From positions 19,344,001-19,408,000 of the forward strand of contig NW_026889763.1 of NCBI RefSeq assembly GCF_033153115.1: a DNA stretch of 64,000 nt, written 5' to 3'. Shown piece after piece: positions 50,301-64,000 of the stretch. Positions within the stretch are counted from its first letter, which is position 1, and every line of letters begins with the position of its first letter. The notes beneath the pieces were generated by a model, which ran no database searches, had not been told where the DNA came from, and saw only the letters and a list, made by a program, of their open reading frames with translations. The DNA is from Saccostrea echinata. Its lineage: Eukaryota. The position numbers and the translations under genes were made by a program.

Positions 50301-52735
50301 CTACAGGCAAAAAGCATGTATAATACAAGTTAAGCAAAAGCAGTATGAGCATTTTGTGGATGAATTAGAACAAGCTCGACTTCAAGCTGAAGAAGATCTT
50401 GATAATATGGAGACAGTAGCACCAAATACAGAACATGCTGAGGCAGAGGATGCAGAGATAAGTTCTGAACCATCTGAGGAATTTGTTCATTATGATCCTG
50501 ATACAGTTCAACACAGAGATTTTGATATTGGTCCAGAACTTGGCTTGTCTTCAAAAGTATCTGAAACAGAAATGAGTGCTGTCCGCATTCCTGATGAGCA
50601 GTATTATAAACTTTTGCAATCCCTGAATACTAAGCAGAGAGAATTTTACAATCATGTAACAAACTGGATTCAAATCAGAGATGAACCATTATATGCTTTT
50701 CTAACTGGTGGAGCAGGTGCAGGAAAATCAGTGGTTATTGATGCAATTTTTCAAACATTACACAGAAAACTGTACTCAAAAGAAGGTGAAAACCCAGATG
50801 ATATTAGAATATTACTTTGTGCTCACACTGGAAAAGCTGCATATAACATCAAAGGGACTACTATTGCATCAGCATTTCACAGGAAAATGTATCAAACCCA
50901 GCAACACATGAGTGAAGATGAATTGAACTCATTTAGGACAAAGTACCGTAATTTGTCAGTTGTGATAATTGATGAAATTTCAATGGTAGGAAATAATATG
51001 CTGACATTTATAAATGACAGACTTCAGCAACTTACTGGTAGAAAACAAGATTTTGGTGGTATTAGCATCATAGCTGTTGGTGATTTGTATCAGTTACCAC
51101 CTGTTGGAGACAAATGGATTTTCAAAGACCTTTCTAATCCTGGTCAGAGTTTAGCAAAAAATTTATGGCATGAACATTTTCATATGCATGAACTAACTGA
51201 AATTATGAGACAAAAGGATGACCTCAGATTTGCAGAAATGTTGAATAGACTCCGTGAAAACAAGATGACAGATGAAGATAAAGAACTCATTTATCAACAC
51301 ATCATCAGGCAAGACATGCAAGTCTATCCTAAGGAGGCACCTCATCTGTTTATTGAGAACAAGTTTGTTGATTGTTTTAATAACAATCTAATAGAAAACC
51401 TTTCAACAAATAAAGTAAATGTAAGAGCAGACACAGACGTTTTATCACAGACAAAACTCTCTGCATCAGTGAAATTAAAACTAGTTCAAAACTTGCCTGA
51501 AAACCCAGCATCTACTGGACAATTAAGAACTAACTTGGTTATTGCTGTAGATATGCTCTATGACATATCCGTAAATCTTGATGTTACAGATGGATTGACA
51601 AATGGTGCTTCATGTGTTGTGAAATACATTGAATATCAACAATCGCTATTAAGACCAGCTATAGTATGGGTTCTGTTTGCTGACTCGAACATTGGTATTT
51701 CAAGAAGACATCAATACAGCCATTTGTTTAGCACAAATGTTAATACTACATGGACTCCCATATTTGAAGCAAAAAGAACATTTGTGTATAACAGGAAGAC
51801 CTATGAGAGAATTCAGTTTCCACTCCAACCAGCTGCTGGAAAGACAATCCATAAAGCACAAGGAGCAACTCTTTCAAGTGCAGTCATCAGCTTAGCACAG
51901 ACAAAGCAGCGCAAAATTCCTCATATACATTATGTTGCACTCTCTAGAGTAAGGTCACTTGATGGACTATTCATTCTGGATTTCAATGAAAAAAGTCTTT
52001 CTAAAGATGAAAATGTTGATAAAGAGATGGAAAGATTGAGAGAAAATAGATTGCAGCTCTCATACACACCACTTTACTCTGTATGTAAAGATATTAAATT
52101 TTTGTTCAACAATGCAAGATCTCTACACAAACACTACCTTGATATGAAATCAGAACCAAGTGTTTTAGCTGCAGATGTTATTGGTATAGCTGAATCTTGG
52201 CTTTGTGAATTAGATTCTGATAAATACTTTACTTTGGAGGGTTTTACAATGTTCAGAAATGATGCAAATTCTTCCCAGACCAGATCACATCATGGCATTG
52301 TCATATATCTGAGGAATCAATTACAGTGTGTGACATACAACTCTTTTACTACCAAATCCGTTGAATTTTCCATAATTTCCATTATGGCGTCCAATACTCC
52401 AATACAGTGTGTAGTTTTATATAAGCAACCTTCTTGTACTCTTCAACTTTTTTACGATACGTTGAAGAACAGATTGCTTCCATTTGTTGACAAAGATAAA
52501 AAAAATTGTGATTATGGGAGATTGTAATTTGGATTTGAATACTGGTCAGTATCAGCATTTCCTAAACTTTATGAGAGAAAACTTTGGTTGTGAGCAAGTT
52601 ATAAACAAGATAACCACAAAAAACAAGACACGGTTAGACCTAATATTTACCAACTTTACTGATATACAAACAGATGTTCTCCAGGCTTATTGGTCTGACC
52701 ATAATATAATTTATTGTGCTGCAAATATTACTTAA
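47014..52735 (+). CDS. Helentron Rep (HUH) - PIF1-family helicase - AP-like endonuclease polyprotein; the endonuclease is frameshifted in the A-run at about 52500
   Basis: VEFQNRGSPHIHML, YACATYIVAYISK, GGAGAGKS, IIDEISMV, GDLYQLPPV, TIHKAQGAT and YVALSRV. Endonuclease NARSL, IAESW, IMGDCN, LDLIF and SDH. Confidence 0.95.
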
Positions 52736-53859
52736 GCTAGCTAATGATAGAAGTGTATAATAATTGTCTTGTCCAGTATTATATAAAAACCCTCTAGAGC
52801 ACAACACAGGCAGTATGTAAATATTTAGTTTCCAGTGGAAGCTAAATATTTACAAAGTGCCAAGAGTGGTTAGGCAAAAACAAGGGTTGCCACTCATCAT
52901 CTACCTTATTTGTCCCAATAACTCCCCTGTATGTTTAAGTACATGTACATGTATATGATTTTAAAATTCACATAAATTTCCTTATTGGGAAGTTATTGGG
53001 ACAAAATTGTGTTTTAAAATTATAATGCCCATGAGATGAAATTATTTAGTTCATGTATGTTAAGTTTGCAACCTTTCAACAAACGGCAAAAAACGTACGT
53101 GCTGCCTGTCTTTTATATAGTATATTGTTTAATCACGATTCAAGCTCCATTACAACATTGTTTTCTTATAACAGAATATGTAAATTTTTGTGTAATTACA
53201 CAATATGTAAATTTCTTTGCAAATTTTTGTAATTATTGAATTAAACATTTAAGCCATGTATAAATGGAATGTTATAATGTTCTTTTTTAAAATTGGAATA
53301 TTATGTTAGTATTTAAAAAGAATCAAGTACTGGTGTATATCTGCAAGATTTGATTGGATCAAATATTAAAAGATATTTTTTATAACATACTTTTTTTTGT
53401 GATGTGCCTACATGACTTGATCTGTTAAGTGTGGATGAAATATACACTCAAGTAGCATTTTAATACTTCTATTCCAATGATGAGTTAAATTTACTTTTTT
53501 TTTTTCCATTTCATGTTTTTGTGTTTGTAAAGTACTATCTGTTTTGGTAATCCATGTACATGTATTATACAATTATAAAATTAATATTTCATCTCATGGG
53601 CATTTAAATTAACATTGATTTCTTTAGTAGATTAATTTATGCTGATACATATATATTGAATTTAAGAATTAGAATGAAAGAATTTTTGTGTTAATTTATT
53701 ATATACACATAATTAATGTAGTTATCATACAACCAAGTGTCACAATGGTGTATCAGATCTGCCAAGACATTGTATACAGAACAGTTATCCCTGTTATGTC
53801 AAAGACTAACTCCAAACTGTGTTAATGTGATACTGTTTTATCAACATTTGGTTTATAAA

Positions 53860-54240
53860 AAATACTGGCTCCTGTATTACATGTGAAACTGTTTCAAATC
53901 AACATTCCATTTCTGAAAAGACTAGTTATCTCCCGTGTTACATGTGAAACTGTTGAATCAAAATTCTATTTCTGAAAAGACTCTCTCCCGGCCGTGTTAC
54001 ATGTGAAACTGTTAAATCAACATTCCATTCCGGAAAAGACTGGTTCCCATGTTACATGCGAAACTGTTAAATCAAAATTCCAAATCTGAAAAGACTGGCT
54101 CCCATTGAATATGTGAAACTGTTAAATCAACACTCCATTTCTGAAAAGACTTATGATCTACAGTGTTACGTGTGAAACTGTTAAATAACATTTCATTTCT
54201 GAAAAGACTTTCTGCCATGTTACATGTGAAAATGTTATCT
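53860..54240 (+). repeat. About-57-bp minisatellite (GTTACATGTGAAACTGTTAAATCAACATTCCATTTCTGAAAAGACT...)
   Basis: About 7 copies in the Helentron 3' region. Confidence 0.9.
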
Positions 54241-57200
54241 GCATGCATTCTGTTGTACATATATTAATCATATAGATTTAGAATTCATTTCTTATTTATT
54301 TATTTTTCATTATGTTTTTGGTGATACTGATATGTTGTTGAGTTACGTACACTAAGACAATTTAGAATTTTCTAACTATGACATTTGTATATATAAGTAC
54401 TACCATCAAGCATCTATGCTCAAATCTTGTGGATGAAACTATCTACTTTAGGCGTACAGTGTACTGTTGATCAAGAGTTTAAGTCCTAGACCAGCTCTTG
54501 TAACTAATTAAATTATGTGTATATAGAAAATTTTATCACCAAATCATTACCAAATTTATCATTTTCAAGTTCTATTAAACCTTTTTAAATGTACATTTAT
54601 ATCCTTTTCCAATGTATATTTGATTATAAAGAGGCAGGTAGATCTATGTTAATTAATTGTACTTATTTTTGTTTAATTTTCATCTGCGGAAGGCATATAT
54701 TGGAATAGATACAATATTATATTTGATTTTGTAAAATAGGACATTTAAAGGACGTAGGATGTGGATACTTAAAAATATATATATATATATATATATACAA
54801 ATTTATGAAAAGTTTGTATAGACTTGTTTAAAACACATATTTATTATGAAGTTTTCCTATCAATCCATCCTTTCTCTTTTTGCATTATCCCCAAATCTAT
54901 ACTTTTAATAGCTGAATATATGTATATTGAAATTCAGTGCAAAAAAAATATGAACAAAATATCCCCCTAAGAAATTTAAGTTTACCCTCACTTACCATTT
55001 AATGAATAATTGGAATCTAGAACCAACACAATTCAAGAAACTATGATAAAACCCCATATCTCTGGATTTCAGGCATCCTATGACCTTAAGATTTATTTCT
55101 TAAATCTAAAATTTGTATTATTTAATAAAAGTGTTGATAAATGATTTCAGGCCCTTGTAAACAACTTTAATCTTTCTTTTAGCTTTTGTTATGTGAAGAA
55201 GTTCGTTCACAACAACGACTGAATATAGGAAAATTTTCCATTTCTTTGAAATATTTCAATTAGCTATAAATCGGTATTCATTATGCAAATATTTGAATTA
55301 AATTGTAATCACATATACTATGAATTTAAAAGTATATTTAATTAATATAAATTCACTGCTTTATGAAATCTTTTCTTACTTTTTTTTTTTTTTTAAATTT
55401 TAATTTTTTTTCCCTTCCATTGTTTTAAACTACAATTAAAGCAAATGATTTAAACCATGTACTAAATATATTTTTGTTCTTGCCATGTTGCATTTATCTG
55501 TTCAATACATTTTTGATCATATTGTGAAAAGTTTAGGATAACTTTATGGTTCAATTTTAACAACATCTGCAAATATTAAAATGTATGTATACAATTTATG
55601 CTAGGTGGACAATTCAGGTACAGACTCAAAACTTTCTATAATATTGCTAACTCTAATTAAAAAAAAATGTTTCATTGCTACCATGATTTCACAATATCTA
55701 TTTTATGTTGTAATTGTATGAAATCACCAAATATGAAGCATTCACTTTTTAAAGGTAAGTAGCATAGAAAGAGGGGGTCAATGGCCAGCCCGTAAAGGGA
55801 GGTAAACCTTGCTTCTTTCAGATGATATAGAAATAAAGTGAAGATTGCTTCCTACGTAGTATGATTGGTGGTAAAATTTCAGACAGTAGACCAATAAAGC
55901 ACTTTCATATTGTTTGAAAATTGAACAAAGTTAAATATCAATGAATTGTTCACCAGGCTTTATAAATAAATGCAATACTATAGTCAATAACTACGACTTA
56001 ATTATTTAAATTTTTTTATTAAAATCATTATTATGAACATATTAAAGTCAATAATTGATCCATTGTAATATTTACATGTACATGTATATACATGTAGTAA
56101 CATGCTTTTGAGTGTGTATATACATTAGTGTGTGCATAATGGAAGTTAAGCAAGCAGTAAATTTTATCTGGATCAATGTACTCTTTTATAAGGGAATGGT
56201 CCTCTTTGCAGTATGCGACTTTGGTTTTCTCCCCTTGATTTGCTTTTTTATGTTGAGTATTGTGTCATATTTTTATTTAAGTTATTGCACAATTTTAGAT
56301 ATTAAGATGTTTAATCATGACTCTTTCCAAACCTGATGTTATGAAAAAGAATTCCATTGATTACATGTAAATCATTATCCTGAGAGAATATAAAACACAA
56401 TAAATCTGATACGGCTTTTTGTGTATGTCTCAATTTTTATTACAGTATGTTTAAAGGACTGTAAGAAAGAAGAGGATTAATTTGCAGCATATCACTGCTC
56501 ACACATCAGAGTTTATTTTCAAAAGGATGCATACCTTGTGTAAAATCACATGTATGAGCTAAACAAAACCATGAACTGCACAATTTATCGCTCTAAAAAA
56601 TTATGAAATTTCTATTGGGGCACTTAAAGGTTTACAACTGTAACAAAAGTTGTTTAGTACTCTTAACTTACACAAAGTCACTTTTACTTAGGGTCCCGCA
56701 TCTTCTTCCTGCAAATGCATTATACATTGCATAGCAAAGAGCACATCGAATGTGAGAGTATAATGATTATGTGACTAAATGTCACATGATTTATATCTTC
56801 AATAATATTCTGTGAAAAAATCTGAAATACATTCACTGATGACATGATAATGGTACAGAATTCTTACATGAAAGTTAAGCAAGTCACCCATGTATTTCAT
56901 GATTTCTGAGATACAAGTGTATATTTCTTTCTTAAAATATTTTGGCTTTACTTAGTTGAAAGTTGTTCCATGATACTCAGGTGACCTTCAAGGCCCATGG
57001 GCCTCTTGTTAATGACATATTTGAAAACTGTTTGGCTGTATAACTATAAGTCTCTGTCAGAATGGCTCATTAACTCTATCTTATAACAGACCAGGGATTT
57101 TTTTTTTTAAAATACTCTTTGTGAAGGTAAGGAAAATCGTAAGTTTTGCCGCACTTCTGATATTCTCACACTGTGAGAATACCATTTTGATATCCTATAA

Positions 57201-57270
57201 CACTGTCAGAATATCAGTTTTATTCAGTAAATAAATTGCAGTATTTCACTGTTGAAAATGTAATAAAAAT

Positions 57271-57317
<47 letters not shown>

Positions 57318-57325
57318 GTACAATG

Positions 57326-57725
57326 TCGAGGGGTCATCAGAAAGTTCGCGAAATTTTGAATTTCTTCCTTAAACTATAAAATAAAATGAGGTTTCAGTGT
57401 CATTTTTTAAAGTAGTCCTCTACTATTGTAATGCACATCTGACATTGTTCTGCCCATGCAAGAAATCATGTGATCCAGGCGGATCCAGGCATGCTCCGTA
57501 AAGTTCTGTTCACAGAAGCTAAAAATTTTTCCGAGTCATATTTCTTACCATGCAATAAAATTAATAATAATATTTTTTTTTATAACAAGAACAGTCAATC
57601 TGTCAGAAATGGTCAAATCTCGGCAATAGGATGGATGGATAAGGATATCCCTTCCCAGAATTAGCATGGTGACCATCACAACCAGAGTCCTCTGTCTCGG
57701 GAGCGTCGTTTATCCAATGTTCATA
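57326..57725 (-). mobile_element. Mariner transposase 3' remnant with one TIR
   Basis: Minus strand HPSYCRDLTISD (cf. HPPYSPDLAPSD) and WAEQCQMCITIVEDYF. TIR-like CGAGGGGTCATCAGAAAGTT. Confidence 0.6.
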
Positions 57726-57744
57726 AAGTATATATGGGCGACTT

Positions 57745-59190
57745 CTTTTTGTCACCTGATTTTAAAATGGATTTTTGTCTTCGCAACTCCCCCAGAACGG
57801 CTAAAGATATGAACTGGGGACATATCAAAGATGATAGAGCATGGGTTGTAGCTCTACAACATTTTTTTTTTTTGGCGTCGTCATTTCTTCCGGTCGCCAC
57901 CGGAAGCGAATTTCAAAAGTCAGTTTTTCCAACTTGTTTGTTTTTCCAGTTTTTTTAAATGATATTAGTAGGGATTATAGAGACTTTCATTTGAAAACTT
58001 AATATATAATTTGTTTTAGAATTATTCTATCCATATTCCAGTTATTATCCCCCCTTCGAGAAAAATGTGTAGGCGGTTTCTCAAACAGTATTGATTGGAT
58101 TTCAGTGAAACTTTCAGAGGTAATGAGCAATGACATGAACTTTGTTCATCACAAAGAAAATTAGGAAAATTCCCTTCCGGTTCCAAGTTATGGCCAATTT
58201 TCTGATTTTAAAAATAGATTTTTGTTTTCGCAACTCCTCCAAAATGGCTAAAAATATAAACTGAAGACATGTCAAAGATGACAAAGCATGATTTGTAGAT
58301 GTTCAAAGTCATTTTTTTTGGCGTCGCCATTACTTCTGGTCCTCACTGGAAGCAAATTTTAAAAGTCAAATTTTTCAACCTTTTTGTTTTTCCAATTTCT
58401 TTTTATGATATTAGTAGATATAACAGAAACTTTCATATGAGAATTAAATAAATAATTTGGTTTAAAATTAATTTATCTCGTAATTTTTCTTTTTATTCCC
58501 ACATATTTGTGCAGACGATATCTCGAAAAGTGGATTTCAGTGAAATTTTCACAGATAATGGACAATGACATGAACTTTGTTCATAACATAGGAAATTTGG
58601 AAAGTTTTACTTCTGGTTCCATGTTATGGACAATTTCCTGATTTTAAAATGGATTTTTGTCTTCCGAACTCCTCCAGAACGGCTAAAGATATGAATGTAA
58701 GACATGCCAGAGATCTTAGAGGATGACTTGTAAGTTAATTTTTCTTGTGTCATTGATGCTTCCGGTCACCATTTGAAGCGAATTTCAAGAATTCATTTTT
58801 CCCCAACCTTTTTGCTTTTCAATATTTTTTAAAATTAGTCACTTTTCCTTTCAAAGCTTGTGTCCCCAATAGCATAGTGATTAACGTCGTGCCTCTCACG
58901 CGGGTGAGTCGGGTTTAATCTCAAGAGTGTTTGCAATTTTTTAATCACTTTTCTTTAGCTTAAATTTACGATTTTATCTTTAAAGTGTTTTCTGGTATTT
59001 ATTGCTGTTCGAATTTTGGATATTTTCACACTTTTTAAATTTTATTATATTTTTTATATGAAGGAGTTAAAAGGATTGCACAAATGTAACACATGACGTT
59101 TTATGAGTGAGGAATAGATTCTCCTATGATGTCTGATGACGGAGAAAAGACGGAAGACCTTCTTGTTGCCATGTCAACGAGTTTCTAGTA
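57745..59190 (+). repeat. Element with about-440-bp tandem repeats (3 copies) and a Helentron-like 3' end
   Basis: CTGATTTTAAAA..GATTTT..CGCAACTCC at about 57756, 58202 and 58638. Ends CTTGTTGCCATGTCAACGAGTTTCTAG. Confidence 0.6.
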
Positions 59191-59600
59191 ACTTCTAGTG
59201 ATTCTACTGTTTCTTCTTATTTATTTTTTACTTTCTAATTTTGTGCACGCGATTTCTCGAACACTATTTCATGGATGTACATGAAATTTTCAGGAACTAT
59301 GTGTTGTAACATGAATTTATAATATCCAAGAGAAAATTTGAAAATTCTCTTCCAGTGACAAGTTATAGACCATTTTCTGATTTCAAAATGACATTTCGTC
59401 CGCGGATAATCTCAAGAACGACAAGAGATATCTATGTCAAACTTTCAGGGATTATAGTTCGTGAGAGATACTAGCAGGGCCGCTACTTTTCGTTCGTCGT
59501 CGGCACTTCCGGTCGCTTAAAGTGATCAAAGAAATCGTAAAATTTCAGCTTTCCTTTTTTAAATCAAAACTTACATCACATTAGTGCATCTCTTTTGTAG

Positions 59601-60368
59601 TTATACCCGCACTTTCTAAAAAAAGTTCGGGTATATTGTTGTTACTCATGTCTGTCCGTCCGTCCGTCTGTCACACTTTTCTTTCACAAACTCCTCTTAC
59701 ATTTTACACAGTAGCTTAATCATCTTTTGGGAGATGGTTGGTGGTGTCATGTAGATGTGCAGTAAGGTTTCGGAATTTTCATTTTCACCCTAGGGGTCAA
59801 ATGGGGGTCGAAAAATGACGTTTTTTATGCAAAAAGCCCCTGGTTCCAATAACTCCTCTTACATTTTACACAGTAGCTTAATCATCTTTTGAGAGATGGT
59901 TGGTGGTGTCATGTAGATGTGCAGTTAGGTTTCAGAATTTTCATTTTCACCCTGGGGGTCAAATGGGGGTCGAAAAATGACGTTTTTAATGCAAAAAGCC
60001 CCTGGTTCCCTGAACTCCTCTTACATTTTACACAGTAGCTTAATCATCTTTTAAGAGATGGTTAGTGGTGTCATGTAGATGTGCAGTAAGGTTGCGGAAT
60101 TTTCATTTTCACCCTGGGGGTCAAATGGGGGTCGAAAAATGACGTTTTTTTTTTATGCAAAAAGCCCCTGGCTCCCAGAACTCTTCTTACATTTTACACA
60201 GTAGCCTAATCATCTTTTGAGAGATGGTTGGTGGTGTCGTGTAGATGTGCAGTAAGGTTGAGGAATTTTCATTTTCACCCTTGGGGTCAAATGGGGGTCG
60301 AAAAATGACGGTTTTTTTTTTTTATATAAAAAGACCCTGGTTCCCTGAACTCCTCCTACATTTTACAC
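59601..60368 (+). mobile_element. Family D non-autonomous Helentron-like element (about-162-bp repeats), interrupted by family A
   Basis: The unit TTTTACACA|..|CAGCCTAATCATC resumes at about 61641. Confidence 0.8.
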
Positions 60369-61498
60369 AAGAGGCCCATTGGCCACAACGCTCACCTGAG
60401 TCAATATGGTCCTGCTATTCTTCATCAGCAGATTTCTTCTCCTATATATTCATATATAAAGCTTTGATTGCCTGTTCTAGGCATACACTACCCCCAGGTG
60501 CCATGTTTTGAATGAAATTGAATATAAACCTTCTGAGGATGCTGCTATATTCATATAACTAATCATGGTTTTGCTGTTCTTTAAACGGAATTTTGAATAT
60601 GTCTGACACCCTACCCTGGTGGGTGAAGGTGGGGTTCATGATTTGAACAAACTTGTTTGTACACTACCTGAGGATATTTCCATATCAATATGACTAATCA
60701 TGGCTTTGTTGTTCTTGAGAAGAAGATTTATTTCCTATATATTTCCTTTCATAAAACTTATTGATCCCCCATTATGGCCCCAACCTACTACTGGAGGATG
60801 CCTTCAACAAACTTGAATCTACAATACTTGGGGATGCTTCCATATCAATATGATTAATCATGGCTTTCCTGTTCTTCAAAAGATTTTTAAAGATTTTTCC
60901 CATATATTCCTATGTAAAACTTTGTGCCCCACTGTAGCCCCACCCTACCCCTGGGAGTCATGATTTGAACAAACTTGAATCTACACTACCTGAGGATGAT
61001 TCCATATCAATATGATAAATTGTGGCTTTGTTGTTCTTGAGAAAAAGATTTTTAAAGAATTTTCCTATGTATTCCTATGTTAAACTTTGACCCCCCATTG
61101 TGGCCCCACCCTATCCCCGGAGGTCATGATTTGAACAAATTTGAATCTACACTACCTGAGGATGATTCCATATCAATATGACTAATTGTGGCTTTGTTGT
61201 TCTTGAGAAGAAGATTTTTAAAGAAGTTTCCTATTTCCCATTTAAACTTTGACCCCCCATTGTGGCCCCACCCTATCCCCGGGGGTCATGACTTGAACAA
61301 ATTTGAATCTACACTATGTAATGAAGGTTTCACATAAGTTTCAACTTTTCTGGCCCAATGGTTCTTGAGAAGAAGATTTTTAAAAGATGACACCAAATTT
61401 TCACCAATTCTTAATTAACTCCCCTTGGAAAAGGGTGTGGCCCTTCATTTGAACAAATTTGAACCCCCTTTACCCAAGGATGCTTTGTGGCAAGTTTT

Positions 61499-61531
<33 letters not shown>

Positions 61532-61640
61532 TCGAAAATATGAAAAGTTTACAGACGGACGGACAGATGGACAGACAGACGAACTACAGACAAAATGTGA
61601 TCAGAATAGCTCACTTGAGCTTTCAATTCAGGTGAGCTAA
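60369..61640 (-). mobile_element. Intact family A non-autonomous Helentron-like element (about-167-bp repeats)
   Basis: Minus-strand 5' TTAGCTCACCTGA..CTCAAGTGAGCT, GTCT/GTCC microsatellite, and 3' CTCAGGTGAGC + GGCCAATGGGCCTCTTGT. Confidence 0.85.
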
Positions 61641-61769
61641 CAACAGCCTAATCATCTTTTGAACTGATTATGATTGATTATTATTGTTTAACGCCGAGTC
61701 GGCAATCTTTCAGCCATATTTTGGCTATTAAATTAAGTGTATATTCCCATTTATGAATTTTGACACAAA

Positions 61770-62300
61770 TTTAAGAAAAGTGAGGTCAAGTCAAAGGAAA
61801 GGTCAAGGTAAAAAAATATTGATGCAGTTGAATAGCTCTCACTGATATGTATCAGCATATGAAGTTTGATTTAAATATCTTGAATGATTTCATTAAAACG
61901 GAGCTAAACACTTATTTAAGAAAAATGAGGTCAAGATCAAAGGAAAGGACAAGGTCAAAAAATGTTGATTCAGTTGAATAGCTCTCATCAGTATGTATCA
62001 ACATATGAAGTTTGATTACACTTTTTTGAATGGTATCTTTAAAACTGAGCTAAACACTAATTTAAGAAAAGTGAGATCAAGGTCAAAGGAAAGGTCAAGG
62101 TCAAAAAATGTTGATGCAGTTACATAGCTCTTATCAATATCTATCAGCATATGAAGTTAGATAAAAATATTTTTGATAGTTTCTTTGAAACGGCTTTGAA
62201 CAGAGCTAAACGCTAAGCGTGACAGAAACACAAACGGAAGGACTGAAGGATGAAAGGACGGAAGACGGACATGACAAACACTATATGCACTGGCCATATT
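61770..62300 (-). mobile_element. Partial family C copy
   Basis: Same about-140-bp repeats and GACAAACACTATATGC end region as 62347-63517. Confidence 0.75.
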
Positions 62301-62346
62301 GATCAAATATTTGCCGAGTGAAATTAAACGTGACGAGAATTCATGT

Positions 62347-63517
62347 AAAACTAGAAATATGTCCATAGGACATGAATGCCCCGCCGAGGGTATATTAATA
62401 ATGCAACATGAAAATTTGTATTAGTGTATGAATTTTGATGAGCATATCTTGAATAGTTTCTTTAAAATTGAAATTGAAATCTAAAAAGTTGGATATAGAT
62501 GATAAATTTTCACCAAATCATGTATAAGTGCATAAGCTTAATTGGTTTCTCTAAAATTAAGCAAAATGCAGTTTTAATTAAAATGAGGTCAAGGTCCCAG
62601 AAAAGTTCAAGGTGAAACGTTTTTGATGCAGTTGAATAGTTCTCATAAATAAGTATCAGGATATTCAGTTTGATAAAAATATTTTGAATGGTTTATTTAA
62701 AACTGAGCTAAACACTAATTTAAAATAATTGAAGTTAAGGTCAAAGGAAAGGTCAAGGTCAAAAATTGTTGATGCAGTTGAAAAGGTGACATCAGTATGC
62801 ATTAGCATATGAAGTTTGATAAAAATATTGTACACGGTTTCTTTAAAACTGAGCTAAACACTAATTTAAGAAAAGTGATGTCAAGGTAAAAAATATTGAT
62901 GCAGTTGAATAGCTCTCATCAGTATGTGTCAGCATATTTAGTTTGACAGTAATTTAAGAAAAGTGAGGTCAAGGTCAAACGAGGGGTCAAGGTCAAAAAA
63001 TGTTGATTTAGTCGAATAGCTCTCATCAGTTTGTATCAGCATATGAAGTTTGATAACACTATCTTGAATGGTATCTTTAAAATTGAGCTAAACACTTATT
63101 TAAGAAAAGTGAGGTCAAGGTCAAAGGAAAGGTCAAGGTAAAAAATATTGATGCAGTTGAATAGCTCTCATCAGTAACACTATGTATCAGCATATGAAGT
63201 TTGTTAAAAATATCTTGAATGGTTTCATTAAAACTGAGCTAAACACTAATTTAAGAAAAGTGAGGTCAAGGTCAAAAGAAAGGTCAAGGTAAAAAAATGT
63301 TGATGCAGTTGCATAGCTCTTATCAATATCTATCAGCTCGTGAAGTTTGATAAAAATATCTTGGATAGTTTCTTTGAAACAGAGCTTTGAACAGAGCTAA
63401 ACACAAAGTGTGACAGGAGGACAGACGGAAGGACAGAAGGACAGAAGAATGGAAGGACGGAAGACGGACATGACAAACACTATATGCCCCGGCCATATTC
63501 ATGGCGGGGCATAAAAA
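62347..63517 (-). mobile_element. Intact family C non-autonomous Helentron-like element
   Basis: SubTIRs ATGCCCCGCC/GGCGGGGCAT, 3' palindrome ATGTCC.ATGGACAT, and about-140-bp repeats. Confidence 0.85.
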
Positions 63518-64000
63518 TAGATGAAATGGGAGTTTTAAAGCATATACCGTGAATGTTATGTGTGATTCATAAGGAATTAAAGATTAAGAATCAGGTACGC
63601 TGATATATTCTTATCATGTTTTCTTATAATGAACACAGGCAGTGCTTTGAAATCCCAATCAGTCTTTCCTCTGTCGTTCTATAACAACAAAGATGCAAAA
63701 GTTCAACACTATGCTGCATACCTTGAAACATAATTTTTGTTCGTATCGAAAGCTTGTATTCTATAGTACTTGGAAAGTGCTGCTAGAATCGTGTGGTTAA
63801 CATGAATTGATAATAATTCCTTGATCGTATGTATAAAATGTAAAAATTTTGGTAAGGTTTCATGCGAAACTTTGGAACATTTCTTTCTGTGTCGGGAGAG
63901 AAGGATTCTAGCAGCACTTACCATGGCTCAGTGATGTTTTTACATTATTATTTTCACTAAAAGAAATGAATTAGCTCCGGGGTAGTGTTGAGCTTTTCAC

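Larger units (their letters stand above)
37367..57010 (+). mobile_element. Autonomous-type Helentron (Helitron2-like), with a second 5' terminus at about 39255
   Basis: 5' hairpin AGGTCACCTGAG-n3/4-CTCAGGTGACCT at 37372 and 39260. 3' subTIR CTCAGGTGACCT (56976-56987), palindrome AGGCCCATGGGCCT (56991-57004) and CTTGTT end. Internal Rep-helicase-endonuclease ORF. Confidence 0.8.

Noticed and set aside
58862-58935. tRNA-like sequence
   Set aside because: Degenerate A/B boxes with no complete cloverleaf; probably a SINE head remnant.
63709-63924. 71-aa minus-strand ORF with ATG and donor-like sites, a possible host exon
   Set aside because: No recognisable domain or partner exons within the window.

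Overview
AT-rich animal genomic DNA, almost entirely transposon- and virus-derived. The repeat types (V-SINE-like SINEs, Helentron-associated non-autonomous elements with 140-170 bp internal tandem repeats, Penelope-like RT remnants) suggest a bivalve, probably an oyster; this is an inference. No host gene is confidently seen. Two large elements dominate. (1) A structurally complete but decayed 17,990-bp Polinton/Maverick (adintovirus-like endogenous virus) at 16370-34359. It has AGTAGT...ACTACT termini and a perfect 6-bp TSD (GTAATC), and encodes protein-primed PolB, packaging ATPase, integrase-chromodomain, minor and major capsid proteins, adenain-like protease and several accessory genes. 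It sits inside a non-autonomous Helentron-like repeat that is itself nested in another one. (2) An apparently full-length Helentron at about 37367/39255-57010, with a herpes-tegument-like (VTD/peptidase C76) deubiquitinase - Rep - PIF1 helicase - AP-endonuclease polyprotein broken by two frameshifts. Reading the Polinton by eye shows a regulatory layer that the ORF track misses: nine TATA + TCAKT promoter modules at 32-34 nt spacing, arrays of CTAAAAATAG (MEF2-type) sites shared by the TIRs and the PolB promoter, three extended CRE motifs, and stop/start-overlapped gene pairs. It also reveals hidden genes: a spliced acidic-repeat gene built by exon-intron duplication, a GC-rich RING-like gene, and a basic protein ending in a C2H2 zinc finger.
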